From the NCBI GenBank assembly GCA_964234715.1, contig OZ174281.1: DNA of 64,000 nucleotides, one strand, 5' to 3'. This document shows positions 22,885 to 35,571 of this stretch, in pieces. How positions within the stretch are numbered: position 1 is the stretch's first letter; every line of letters begins with the position of its first letter. Source of the DNA: Podarcis melisellensis. Taxonomy: Eukaryota. The notes beneath the pieces were generated by a model. It made no database searches. It was given only the letters and a program-made list of their open reading frames with translations, and was not told where the DNA came from. A program made the translations under genes and the position numbers.

Positions 22885-25800
22885 TATTGTTCATTTGCCC
22901 TGACTAAATTTGTTTATTAGCTGCTGGATACTAAATTACAGAATCCTTTCACATTGTTTCAGTTATGTATCTAGGAATTTATGAAGCTGCTTTTAACTCT
23001 AGGAGTTTCTACAGACCCTGTAAAAAAGTTGTTGCTGCTTACTGTGACAGAGAAGAGCAAGGTGGCAGGGAGGTCAGCACTGTGCAAACACATCAGTGGA
23101 TCCAATCTGGTGTTCCTACTGGTGCATTTGCACCGGGCTGGTTTTCTCTCCCCTTTCTGATAAGCAACAGAGATAGCTGTCGGGAGCACAGGTGAGCCAA
23201 CTCATCACACTGACTCCTATTGACTGTGAACATTTAGAAAACTCACTTTGGTGGCAATATATTACTAGGCACCAGTAAGATCTTGTGGGTAGAATGCTAG
23301 ACTATATCTGGCCTGTTAAACCTGCTCTACTGACCTGCCAACCCCTGTTTGAAGGCTGTTGCCACTGAGTGAGAAAAGCATGCAGAGTTAAGTGGGGACA
23401 GTATCATGGGACGGGGCAATGTAGAGAGCAATCAGCATTGCCCCATTGTGTGTGGTGTGCATACATGTATGTGTGTGCAGATGAAGTGAGGAGTGGTTTG
23501 ATACACAATTATGACTGCACTGACCTTTGGTATACAGTCCCTGGATGGTTGGCTAATGGTAAATGTGGCCCTCAGACAAAAGGTGAGCTTTCCTAGCCCT
23601 GGTTTAAACAAAGCAAACAGCTTTGTTACGGCTCATTTGTGCAGGCAACAGGAAGAGGTGGAGGGAAAGAAATACAGTGAGGGGGATATGTTATGCTGGT
23701 AATTCTCGTACCTCAGCATTGAAAACACTGCCCTAAACTTTTGGTCACTATTGGCTGGCATAGGTTTGTTGTCCTCTCCCCTCTCCAGATTTGATGATTC
23801 CAAATCTGCCTGTCTCCTTCAGTTGACACTGAAGAGAGCTATTACTGTGTGGTCAGCTGGTGATATGCAGCAGCTCACTTCATAGATTGGCGAATTTTCG
23901 CACCACTGTTGGAAATGGCTCAAAATAATGGTTTGTATGAACACTGCTAGCTGAACCCAAATCACACTGTATGATATTACTCACTAACATTCAATATGCA
24001 AATAGGCACAAAGGTTTTTTTTTTCCAGAGCAAAAGACTGTACACTACCCTCTTCTTTACATGGTGCTTGTGAAATTCCACTGCAGTGTCTTTGGTGCAC
24101 TTATTGCATTGGAGACTAAAGATTATTTTTGAAAGGAACCGGAGACTACAATTCTTTCTAGAAATACTTTGCTTCTTGTCTCTTGGTGTTAGTTAATCCA
24201 GGTAGCATGTGAGCACTAGTCTTGCTAAAGCTGCTTATTTGTGTTAGCATAGTAGTATTATTGTTATAAATAGTTAGCTAGCAAAGCATTTGGGAATGCA
24301 ATAAGTTTTAAAAGCACTCTGTAAAATCAAATTTTAATTCTGAATATGTGCATGAAGCTCTGAAGTACAATAAAACGCTTATGTAAATACTCTAAAATAT
24401 TAAAGCAATACAGTTGCCAATATAATAGCCTAGACACAAAGCAAGAAAAGGCACTTGGATCATCCATTCTGATCCCTTTATAATGACACAGTAATAGTAA
24501 TTTGTATGTACATTCAATCAATCGTATCTAGCAGTACAAGAACTTGACCCTTAATGTAAATGTCATGTTTAACCTAGCAAAAATGTCTACATAATAGCTT
24601 CTGCCTGTCTTCTCAGTGGAATTAATAAAGTTAATAGTATTGTAATATCAGTAATGTAAAATATATTCAGTTCGCTCTGACGAAAAATGCTTCTCGTATC
24701 AGTGCACACTTAAAATGGCCTTATTAGGAATTTATTTCTAAAGCCACAAAATTGCATACTTTAATCAACACATCTTGATCTCTTCTGATGATTGATCCAC
24801 TATAATGGAGGTGGATAAGTGGAACAGTTTATTAGAACTACAGAATAAGTGATTTATAGCATACATTTTCAATCTCAGTCAATATACAAGAGCCTGAGTA
24901 AGCATTACACCAGGGAACAGTTTAATGGCAAAATCCTCTTATCTCAGGAACTAAGCAGTAAAAAATAGTTATTATTGTCTGGATACTTCTAGCTTAGCTT
25001 TGTAATTAAGCATCCCAAGTAGAATCTCCTCCTCTATGTGTAATTTTGCTATAAAATGTGAAGGATGCTAGAGAGTACAACTTGTACAAAAACAATCCCC
25101 CCCGCCCCCACCTTTTAAAACCTTTAAGACATTTTTTATATACTAAAGATGTAGCAGTTAGTATATGGTCAAGCATAATCAAATATTTATATGGCAAAAC
25201 CCCTGGCAGGAATAAGGCATAGTCATGTGAAGTTCTCTTTAAACTTGTATGAGGCCCTAATTTATTTGTATGAGCTATATACAAGGATGTTATTTTGTAA
25301 TCAGCTAATTATTAAATGCTGCCCACATACAAGCAGGAAATTAGTCTCTGGCTATATTTTGGATTTCAGCAGAAAAATATAAATGGTCTCATAGAAAAAT
25401 ATAACCTCTCACACAATAATATCATGAAGTTTTATATATTCTCTGGATCCCCCCCCCTTGGGTATGCAGAAGTACAGCTGGTGACCATTTGCATGCATTC
25501 GATTGGTGCGTAACTGCTGACACAACTCCTGTTTTCTGCCCCAGAAAATGGAAGATATCTGGGGCTTACACGCACTCCGCTGATGTGTACAATGACCCAA
25601 AACCGCAACCCTGGCAAATGGGAAGTTTCCTGTATATAAATTTGTAAGATGAAAGAAGACTACATTCACTACCCCAACGATACAATCTGGGTTTTAGAAC
25701 TTCCAGGACCCTGTAGAAATATTGAGGCCATAGAAATGAGAGAATCCTACAGTAACTTGCCTAATTGTCTTCAGAGCAGAACTTCTGACTTCACATTGAG

Positions 25801-27535
25801 TGCAATATTGGTCACCCCAGAATGGAAGTAAGAGCTGCCAATAGATATAATAGGGAAATTAAGGATTTGAGTATAGCTGAGGAGCAGTGTGTCCCTCCCC
25901 TTTACCCAATAAAAGCAGAGAGGCATTAATGCATTAATCTAGGTTAAATTCAATTTTATAGCTCTGAGCTTTAGGCTGAAAGGCATTATGAACATGCATG
26001 CAGATGGTGGTAATTTATGAAATTTTTACCTAACGCCTCCTTCTAAATCAACTTCCTCCCCTGCACAAAAAAGCATGACTATTACTCAGCATTACTTACA
26101 GTATTGTGTGGGATGGGAATCCAGAGGAACAGCACAGAATCAGAGCATAATAAAGTTAGCAAAATTTGGGCCAATCTGTCATGTTTTCAGAAGTTTATTC
26201 CGTAGGTGTGTGTTGCAAATGTGGAAAGAACGATGACAGACCCAGTACCTAGGCCTGAATAGATGTATGTAAATGGTCTGGTCTGCATGAACATTAATAA
26301 CTGATTGGGATAAATAGGTATAAAGATCTGGGTTCTGTTCATTCTGGGCGTGTGGGGGGGGGATCCCCTTCCCACGGCATCTCATTGCACTTGCTGAAAA
26401 GCCATCCTTGAAATGGAGGGGTACTACTGAGTAGCATGCAGTTCAGCACAGAGGTCTAAAATTGTGGGGAGGGCATGTAACTGGCAGAAATCAAATGTGG
26501 TAAGTAAAAATGTTATTTACTTCAGCTAGTGACGTTTGGAATCCAGGCCTGGTTTTTTGTTGCTGAAGTGCAGCAAATCAAGGGGAAATTCTGGCTTTAA
26601 AAGAGCAGAAAAAGACTGTTCCAAGGATTCTCTTATCACAGAAACTAGATGAGCTATTTTTTTCTTACTCTTTCCATGAGATGTCACATTAGGAGTAGGG
26701 CATGTCAGTGTGAACCGCACAATGATGTGCCTTTATCCTAAGCCCAAGCACAAAGGTCTCTTTGAGACCAGTGCAGCTGACATAGTTTGGATGCAGACGC
26801 TTAGACTGATTTAGATTATGCCAGTGACAGTTTCCTCTTCACAGTCCACAGAGACGAAACCACTAGATGCACCTCAAAATGAGTTCTCTGAAGCTATGTA
26901 CCAACCTCAGCGTTGTTTTATTATGTGGTTACAGACTTACTGTTATGTATAGCAACATTACTCATACCAAAGTTAACTGCTCTATCTTAAAAATGAAAAA
27001 GGACAATTTATTTTTTTAAATCACAAACAACTGAATGTGTGATACTTCCTGTTATGGATTATGTATAGGAAGCTTGCATTCCAAGCTAAATGAAATTCTA
27101 AAATTATGAAGTTGTTTAAGTTAAGCCTGATAACCCCTTTTCAAAACGTTCTTGATTCCCCCCCTGGCTTGTCTTTTATGTTTCTACGGAGGGACATGCC
27201 AAAGCAGTTACAGATCATTGAGAATTCAAAGAAGTATGGGTTCTGGCAGGATTAGCACCAGAGTTGAGTGAAACACTGGGACACAGTCACAATATAGTTA
27301 ATCCCAAAGCAAAGTCAAATGCAGGTAAAGGGATGAACTAAAAAAAAATCTACCCAAAGTGACATGGGGTGTGGCTACAGTGAGTGACCAGGTTGATGGG
27401 TGGCTGCCTGAAAGAAAAGGTATCATACTGAGAAAGGTGCAAATAGGCAGTGAGATACCAAATAGCCTAGCAAGCATGACTGGAACATGACAAGGGACCC
27501 ACATAAGCAAGTCAATAGGTCAACTATTGCCTAGA

Positions 27536-27670
27536 CCAGTCTTCTCCAACCTGGGTCACCAGATGTTGGACTACAACTTCCACCATTCCTTATCATGGAC
27601 CCTGATGGCTGTGAGTGTATTGGGGGTTAGTGTCCCACACCATCTGTGGATCCAAGGTTTGGGAACGCTG
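27536..27670. mobile_element. Degraded hAT palindromic MITE related to 32165-32300
   Basis: cagtcttctccaacctggg..ccagatgttggactacaacttcc ... catctgtggatccaaggtttgggaacgctg. Confidence 0.7.
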
Positions 27671-28963
27671 CTGGCTAGGGAAAATGCTCATTTGGAATGA
27701 CTTTTGGTCTGGTGAGGTGAAGAGAACCAATGGGCTGTCTGGTGAGTAGATGCATGTAAGGAAGTGGGAGGACATTACTGCCTTTTCTTCCCTCCCTTAA
27801 CTTCCTTTGGCCCACCACAAATTGTACCAATGCACAGACTTGGAGATAATCAGTTCAAGGCACAGCTGCTCCTGACATACACTCATTCCTGCATCTTTCC
27901 AGGAGAGAAAATATTTTCTTCCAGCCAACATTTATACGGGGGGGGGGGGGGAGAAACTGTGTTCTTGGGTTGCAAGGACTGGTTAGAATATAAATTCAGT
28001 TATATTTCTGCAGTAATTTTAGAAGCACCACAACAGGAGAATTGTTCTGTATACCTTGCTTGTTATCTGACCTTGTTTATATCTGAGGGATAGACCTTAT
28101 TTGTGATCCATTGGCAAGGTAATATCATGGAGTACAGCGTTTTTTAGTAGTAGCCTGTAATTCATGGTACGTCTTAACACTTGTCACACCCTAACCTTGC
28201 TGGTGTTCCATAAATGTTACCCAGGCAAGCATTCAGTTGACAGGTCCTAAATTCTGATATTGCTCTAGAAACTTAAGAAACTTGTGATTCTTTAATATGT
28301 TTTGTTTTGTTTTATTGCACATTATTATAATCAAGTTTTTATTGTGAACTGTTTGGAGTTTTAAAAAATCTGGCAGCATAGACATTTTAAATAAAACAAT
28401 TATGTATGAAATTTGTCTTTCTTATCTTGCAAAAATAAATTAATTTGCTAACAATTAGAAGCTATTTCAGATATTAGAAAGAAAGTGAAAACAAAATTGG
28501 GTTCTGTTTTTAAGGATTTACGGTTCTTGAGATGTACCAGTAAATGACAGAAATAAGCATATCAAAATTCTTGTTTTGCAAATTTACCAGAGTGCTTTAT
28601 AAACTATTATCCTTCACTGATAATTTATGGAACTGAGAATGAACTTGGCTAATTAATTAGACACCTAGCTTTAAGAGCCACTACAAATATCATAACTGAT
28701 GCATTGCAATGCTGCTTTTTCATTTTTGATATTTATCTTCCTGCCATGACAAACATTGTGCTTAACTGGTAAATGATGGAAATGGGGATGTAATCTGACC
28801 AGTAGCCAAAGGCGGTTGGTTGGCCACAGACATTTTCTAGTAAATGTCAGAATTTATGATATTAATTGTTAGTATTCAAAAAGTTAAGAATTAATGGTAA
28901 ACTAATCACTGAGGTTATGACATTAGCCATAACAGACACAGCTTTTTTTTTTAACAAGAAAAA

Positions 28964-28981
28964 GTGTGTGTGTGTGTGTGT
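28964..28981. repeat. (GT)n microsatellite
   Basis: About 9 GT units. Confidence 0.9.
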
Positions 28982-31900
28982 TATTTCTATTCTTGCCTTG
29001 ATGGCGTAAAATTAAACAAATATAATTGGATATTTTATATTCAAAGCAAATGTTTGTTTCTTGTTCATGTAGACTTAAAATCATTAGTAAATATCATTTA
29101 TGCATTAGAGACCTGACCACCTTTAAATATTTTTTCCCTTTTAGGAAACCAGTAGGCAGTAGTGTGTGGGGTTTTTTGGGGGCTCATCAAATGCAAGAGA
29201 ACAAATACACAATATCACTGTAATATTTTTCCTCAAAGAATATTTCATTTCCATATTTATCTTATTTATGCAAATTATGCCATTGCTGTATTTTCATTTT
29301 AGCATATTTCTATTCAGTGCCCATCGATGTATCTGTCTCAATGCTGCAACGCTCATGTTTGCAGATGATCCACAGAAATATAAACAAGACATTTGTAGCA
29401 GCAGTATTTCATTACTAAAGCTGAGAGATGTCAAACGTAATTACTGAGACTAACATCTGGAGCGCTTTATTGAAGAGGAAACTGCCAGGATTGTTAGCAT
29501 ACACAAAGCAACATTATTCATATGAGTGAGGCTTTATAACTGCTGCTAAGTTAGGTGAGTAGTATACGCAGAAAGCATAAAATCCAACAGAGTCGGTTTA
29601 TGAGTATACCTCCTACAATGATCTTTATGTCTATATAGCAGAACTCCATGCAATAGTTTCAGAGAATTCTGAAGCAATGAACATCATTCATCTGTTGAGG
29701 TCTATGGTGAAAAAGATACAGGTGCATTTGAGTTTGCATTTTCACAACCTCCCTGAAGATCTGTTACTTTTACCTTTGGTGAACCTTAGTATATCAAAGG
29801 TGACTTTTTTGTACTTTCTGTTCCTGTATTAGCACCTGATGCTCTCTATAGGTAAAGCCTAATGAAAAGCTTAATGTGAATTTTTCCTTTCTTATCGACA
29901 TCTGCCCACATCTTTTCTGTGCTAGTGTCCTTGAGTAAGAATGATTCTTGCTAATGAGTTTTCAGTTGCCAACAAATAATTGGCATTGTTTACAAGATAT
30001 TCCCAGTCTTTTAGGCAGCCATGTAACCAACATTTCAGTAGTTCCTCACTTGTCAGGGAAGAAGATAATACAATAATCAATGCCACTGGAAATCAGTGAC
30101 CAGATGTTTTGTTGTTGGTCCAAAGCAACAAAAACAAGAATTTGACCTAAAATGGCAAACAAGGTGCTACAAAATTTTGGTTGCAGTCCTATGCTCTCTC
30201 ATTAGAAACTAAATGGGACTCACCTTTCCTTCGGCTTGTACTGTATAGCATCACACTGTCAATCTGGAGAAGAATGTGGTCAATTTTTGCACCTTAGCTT
30301 GGTTACAGAGAAAAAAAATAAATGAACGTGTTTTCGCAGCCCAGATTGTGATTGCAGAAATGGTAGCATAAAAAATGCCAATGGCAGGGTCAAAAGTAGT
30401 TACCCTTCCCAGTAACATTCCTTATTTCCATGGGTAGAGTGTTCTGTATGGCAGGTGCCACTATTTGTTTTAAGAACCAAATGCTAGTTTCTGTATCTTC
30501 GCCAAAAGAGGAAGTAATGCTTCACTGGTATTTTAAATATATTGTTTCTCTTACCAGAATGGAATTTGGGAATAGATGCACCAGAGTCTTCTGGTAGCCT
30601 TACACTGAAGAATGTTGGGGACATGAATTCCAAATACAAAGAATTTTAGGTCAGATTGTGGAGCCATTTACAAACACTACCAGTCAGAAAGAGATACAGG
30701 AATGTGTCTAAACATTCAATTTGTGCTTAATTTATTTGTGTACATGTTAAATCATTTCATGAATATGAATCGATCTGACTCCAGTTGGAAAAAGGAATAA
30801 AGTTAATTACTTTCCAACAGCAAAATCTTTCTTCAGGTTCTCCCCCCCCCCCAGCAGTGTATTAGCTAAGGCAAGAAATAATGAAGGTGCACGCCTTGTC
30901 CACTGCAGGCTTCTGATTAAAAGCCACAGTACAAAATTTATTAAGGACTTCAGTAGGTAAATGAAGTGGCACTCTTGAGAGGAGAATTACCTGTGTTCTT
31001 TCCAATGTCAGTTAAGCAGTGTTTAACCTCAGCAAGGTCTTGATACTCGCCTGTCAATCACTGAGTCATTCTGTATCTCAAGGATATAGATTAAAATGAA
31101 AGCAAAGTTGCACTGAGATAGTACCAGTGTGCATAGCAAGTCTGGATAAATAAAAAAAACAACAACCTTGTAACTAATGTTGAGAAAAAAATAGCTGTAT
31201 AATTTAAAACATCCTGTTTATCCTCCCAAAGCTCTCGCTTTTAACCTATTATCCTAATCTATCTGCTTAAAATAAATGCTGCTAAGTACACACATTAGTG
31301 GTGTGGAGAACTTAACATCCATAATCACATGAGTGTGTTAATGGGAGTTGCCTCTTGCTGTTATGGAGAGGCAAAGCACTCACTCTGCAGAACTCCAAAA
31401 AACATTTCGTTTTCTTCTTGGGGGCTGGGCAAGGAACTGTATACATGAATGCCTAAGAAAAGAAGATTTATTTCTCCTTGTTGTGTTCTGTTCCCATCAT
31501 TGTGCAGTATCACAAAGCATACATGCACAAAATCAATAACATAGAGATTTCCCTGACAGGAAAATATCAGGGCAGGAGAACCATATTTTCCTTTTTTTGA
31601 ACCCCACCCTGCAATCCTGGCTGGTAATTGGCATTCTTTTGGGAGTGTGGAGAGTAGGTTTGGCTAATGCAAGTGGGGAATGAGATTGTGGAAAGGGCTG
31701 GAATTCTGAAAACATGACCAGGAGGTGCAGTTGGTGTTCTGTTCCAGACTGCACCCCTTAGGGGTGTCAAGGCTAAGCATGGCAAGAGTCCAGAACGAGT
31801 TTCAGGTGGTCAGGACCACAGACAGCTCACTGTGAATTATTTTTCACACTGTCAAGCAAGCTGGAAAGAAGGCAAGACCTAGCAGCAAGCAGAGTGCTTC

Positions 31901-32164
31901 AGCTGTGAGTTTAGCACCCAGACAAAGGTGCTATGTCCTATTCTGAATCAGCCTGCTGTGGTTGGGCTTGGAAAGCCTCTTGCTAATCATGGGTCTGGCA
32001 TGATAGTGGAGGCAGCCCTTGCTAAGCTGCAAGTACTTAAGGTGGATGGGATGAGAGGAACAGGGCAATCTCAGGCAAAAAGAATAGCGGAAGGTCTAAA
32101 GCTACCCTTCTAGGAAAGTATATCAACCAGGTGGTTGCTTGGGAGGCTTCTCTGCCCTCTAGAG

Positions 32165-32300
32165 TGAGCATAGGCAAAGTCGGCCCTCCAGATGTTTTGG
32201 GACTACAACTTCCATCATCCCTAACTAACAGGACCAGTGGTCAGGGATGATGGCCGTTGTAGTCCCAAAACATCTGGAGGGCTGACTTTGCCTGTGCCTG
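32165..32300. mobile_element. hAT palindromic MITE
   Basis: Long inverted arms gcataggcaaagtcggccctccagatgttttgggactacaac / gttgtagtcccaaaacatctggagggctgactttgcctgtgc; perfect 8-bp TSD CTCTAGAG (32157-32164, 32301-32308). Confidence 0.92.
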
Positions 32301-32389
32301 CTCTAGAGGCTATGGGGTAGGGTGGGCAGAGAAGATGGAAGGTGTTTGGAGCTCTGAGCCATAAGAAGGTTGATTAACTGATTGGAATA

Positions 32390-32572
32390 GAGTGGTACCC
32401 CTGGGTACGCACACCTCTGGTCATGTATCCTCCGGGTTACGCACACGGCAAACCCAGAAGTACTTTTTCGGGTTTCGCTGTGCGCGCATGCGCAGAACAG
32501 CCACCTCCTATTGTGAATTCCTAGGGATTTGACTGGAGCTCCAGATCCCGTGCGCAACTAGAGGTACCACTG
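32390..32572. mobile_element. Tc1/mariner (Tigger-like) MITE
   Basis: TA|GAGTGGTACCCCT ... AGAGGTACCACTG|TA. Confidence 0.85.
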
Positions 32573-33234
32573 TACTACTGGATAGTTTAAGCCAATCATG
32601 CAGATTATTCTGGAATTTTCTGCTGTGCAGCAGTAGGTTTATGATGATGCCTAGATATTATTATTAATTTATTAGAGTGCAGTGATAACCATACTGATAT
32701 AAATGTGGCTATTCAACAGACATTGGTGTGCAGTGCAGGGCTGATGAATGTCACCAGTGCGTTGAGAGCTAAAATGCACAAAGCTTGTGATATCTTTTAT
32801 CATTATAATTTTGCGTTCAGAGAACTTTAGTTAGAAGGGGTTAAGATGAATGTTTGATTAACATGAACAGAAGTGTTGAGCAGACAATTATTTCAGTAAA
32901 AAAGAAATGCTTTAGTTTGAGCCTAAGATTTGCTGTTCCCGCACACAGGTGCTTCAGAAAGATGTAGAAAAACATATACATTCACATGGTGAAATCTGGT
33001 ATTGCTCTCGAGATGTTGTGATAAGTGTTCCCGGGTTTCTAGGCTGCTATGCCCGTGTAAATGCTTGCAACTGGCGTACCAGACTGAATTCTGTAGCTCT
33101 GAAGAACAAGTCCTTGAAGATACGATGCTGCAGTTCTGACATAAACCAAACATTTCACCATCTATTTCTAGGATCTTTAAAATGTGCATAATGGTTGGGT
33201 TCCAAAGAAGCAAAGGCGTGTACCTAGGCCTAAA

Positions 33235-33600
33235 GCAGGAGTGAGGAACGTCAGGCATGGGGCCAAAAGCGGCCCTTCATTCCTTTCTGTCCGGCTCTTG
33301 GGAAGAGTCCCAGGCCCCACCTCAATCCTCATGCCTTGCTTTGTACCTTCCTGAAATGCTTTTGTGTAGCTAGAAGGTGTCCCTCAACTGCACTATGTCT
33401 TGTTTTCCTGGATGGTGATGAAGAGGTGTAGATGTAAAAAGCTCTGACTTTTGCAGGGAGAGAATGTAGCATTCTGTGCAGAGGGTTTTTTTAAAAAAAC
33501 TTTTTTACTTTTTTAACTTTTTTCCCATAACTAGAAGCACCTGGAAGGTTGCCCATAAAGGAATGTGGTACTTGGGCAGAAAAGGGTCCTATACCCTTGG
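33235..33600. mobile_element. Degraded hAT-like non-autonomous element
   Basis: Starts caggagtgaggaacgtcaggcatggggccaaaagcggccc; degenerate right end near cctatacccttg. Confidence 0.4.
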
Positions 33601-35387
33601 ACTTTGCTGGTTTTTGCTTCCAGTTTTGCCTTTTGCACTGATTGAGACCATGGGTGGTGCTGTATGTGTTCGGAATGTCCTTGCACATCTGTTTGACAGT
33701 TATTTAAATCATGGCCATTGCATTTTTATTTATTTATTTTGGTTTAAGACCAAAAGTAAACCTTTATATTTATTCAGTAAATCCATTGCAAAATACATCC
33801 TGTCATAAAGCAATTCAACCATATGCAATTTAATTACACTCATATAGAATGCAACACAAATTGGGATTTGACTCCTGATTTATGAACGGCTGCTTTCAGT
33901 AAAAATAGAAATTAAACTTCAAGCCAATGTTTTAAAGCAGTTTGTTAAGGTGACAATTTGAAACCTAGAAATATTGAACTACCAATGTTATCCTGAACTC
34001 CAGACTTTTTATACAGTGATGTGTGATGATGGATATGGATTTTTGAGTCATCTGGATTTTTGAGATATGGACAACTTTCAGATTTAAAAATATATATACT
34101 ATGAATAGTGTTGATCAAACTATTTGATCAGGGTTTGTTTTTTTACAAAGTTGTAGGAAAATGGGGAATTTTAGCAGAACACTAAAGCAAGATAAAAACA
34201 TTCTAAATGGTGAATCAATCAATGCTCCTGTTGTTCTACAAGCTAAAGAAAAGAAACCTTAGTAAAATAAGAAAACCTCAGAACCGTGGGAATTAACTGT
34301 TTGTAAATGAGTGGGAGCATAATCATCTGTCTCACACCAAATTTATCTCTGAATTTTATACAGATTTTAAGGCATGAGTGGGTTTATGAAGCTTTTGTAG
34401 AATATCAAGCACATAGTTAATTGGGCTTTATGGTACAGTTTAATTTTATATAATTGCCCAGCAAAACCATCCAGTGGTTCAGGTTGTTGATGCTTATGTT
34501 GTAACGTTTGCAGCTAGTTACAGGAAAAACAAATGTACATTAGTTTTAAGAATGCAAAAAGATACCACCCATTGCTTTGAAAGGAGAGACTTCTAAAAAA
34601 CAATGTAATCCAACCTAGAATAAAAGGGCCCTCCTTATTTCTTAAAGTTTCAAACAGAATTAAAACAAAAACCCAAACCCTTAATAACCCTCTTGTAATC
34701 CTTTAATCCTGTAAGCCTTTATCTAGGGTTTGTGTATATTACCAGACTTGCTTTGATTACAGTCATCAAAGAATGGGATTTTGATGTCTAAGAGTACACA
34801 TGGGGCTTTAAGGACCTTAATTTATCTATTTCACTTGGCTTGGAATCTTGTAACCAGTAAATAACATTTTTGAAAAGTGTCATGGGGTATGCCGAAAATT
34901 GTGAAGAGGGAGTATCGTTACGTAGAAACAATCTAGGTGTGACACCACATTAAAAGTTCAAGATCTTGTGTGGTTGGAGAATGCCAAGATACTTTGAGCA
35001 GCATAAGGAGAAGGACTTAGATGTGCAATATTATATTTGTGGCTTGTTAGCATTTACTATGAGAGTACTGTGTGCGTTGGGATGACTCTTAGACTTGTGC
35101 ACTCTCATTTGTACTGGAGGCTCATGATCTTAAGGTGGATTAGCCTTCCCTCATCTCTGAACTTTTACTTTCTTTTTGGGATACTGTTTTTATAGCATCT
35201 TTACTGAAGTTGGTACAGGGCTGTGTCTTTTAGGCCCTCCATATGTTACTGCAGGGCCACTTAACTGAGGCATTTCTTCTGTCCCACCACGTAACATTTC
35301 AGAGCTCGAAAGCATGTAGTTGGGACCAACTGTAGAGCTCCTTACCTTTTTATTGTCACAGTCCTTCCTGTCCTCAGAACTTGTCCC

Positions 35388-35571
35388 ACAGGGCCTAGCT
35401 CCTAGGGGCCGAGGTTCCTTTGCCCCCCCAAAACATAATATTTCAGGAGGTCACCCGCCCCAAAGTTGATGGACATTGCCATTCAAATGGTGTGCATGTG
35501 CTGCATCATGTGATTGCTTATACAGGGCGGGGCTTACCTGCCCCCCAATATTTTACCTAAATTGGCAGCCC
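35388..35571. mobile_element. Short non-autonomous DNA-transposon-like element
   Basis: GC-rich block cagggcctagctcc...ttggcagccc with imperfect inverted ends; family not assigned. Confidence 0.45.

Noticed and set aside
31690-32110. Possible LTR remnant
   Set aside because: Composition is suggestive, but I could not define termini or a TSD.
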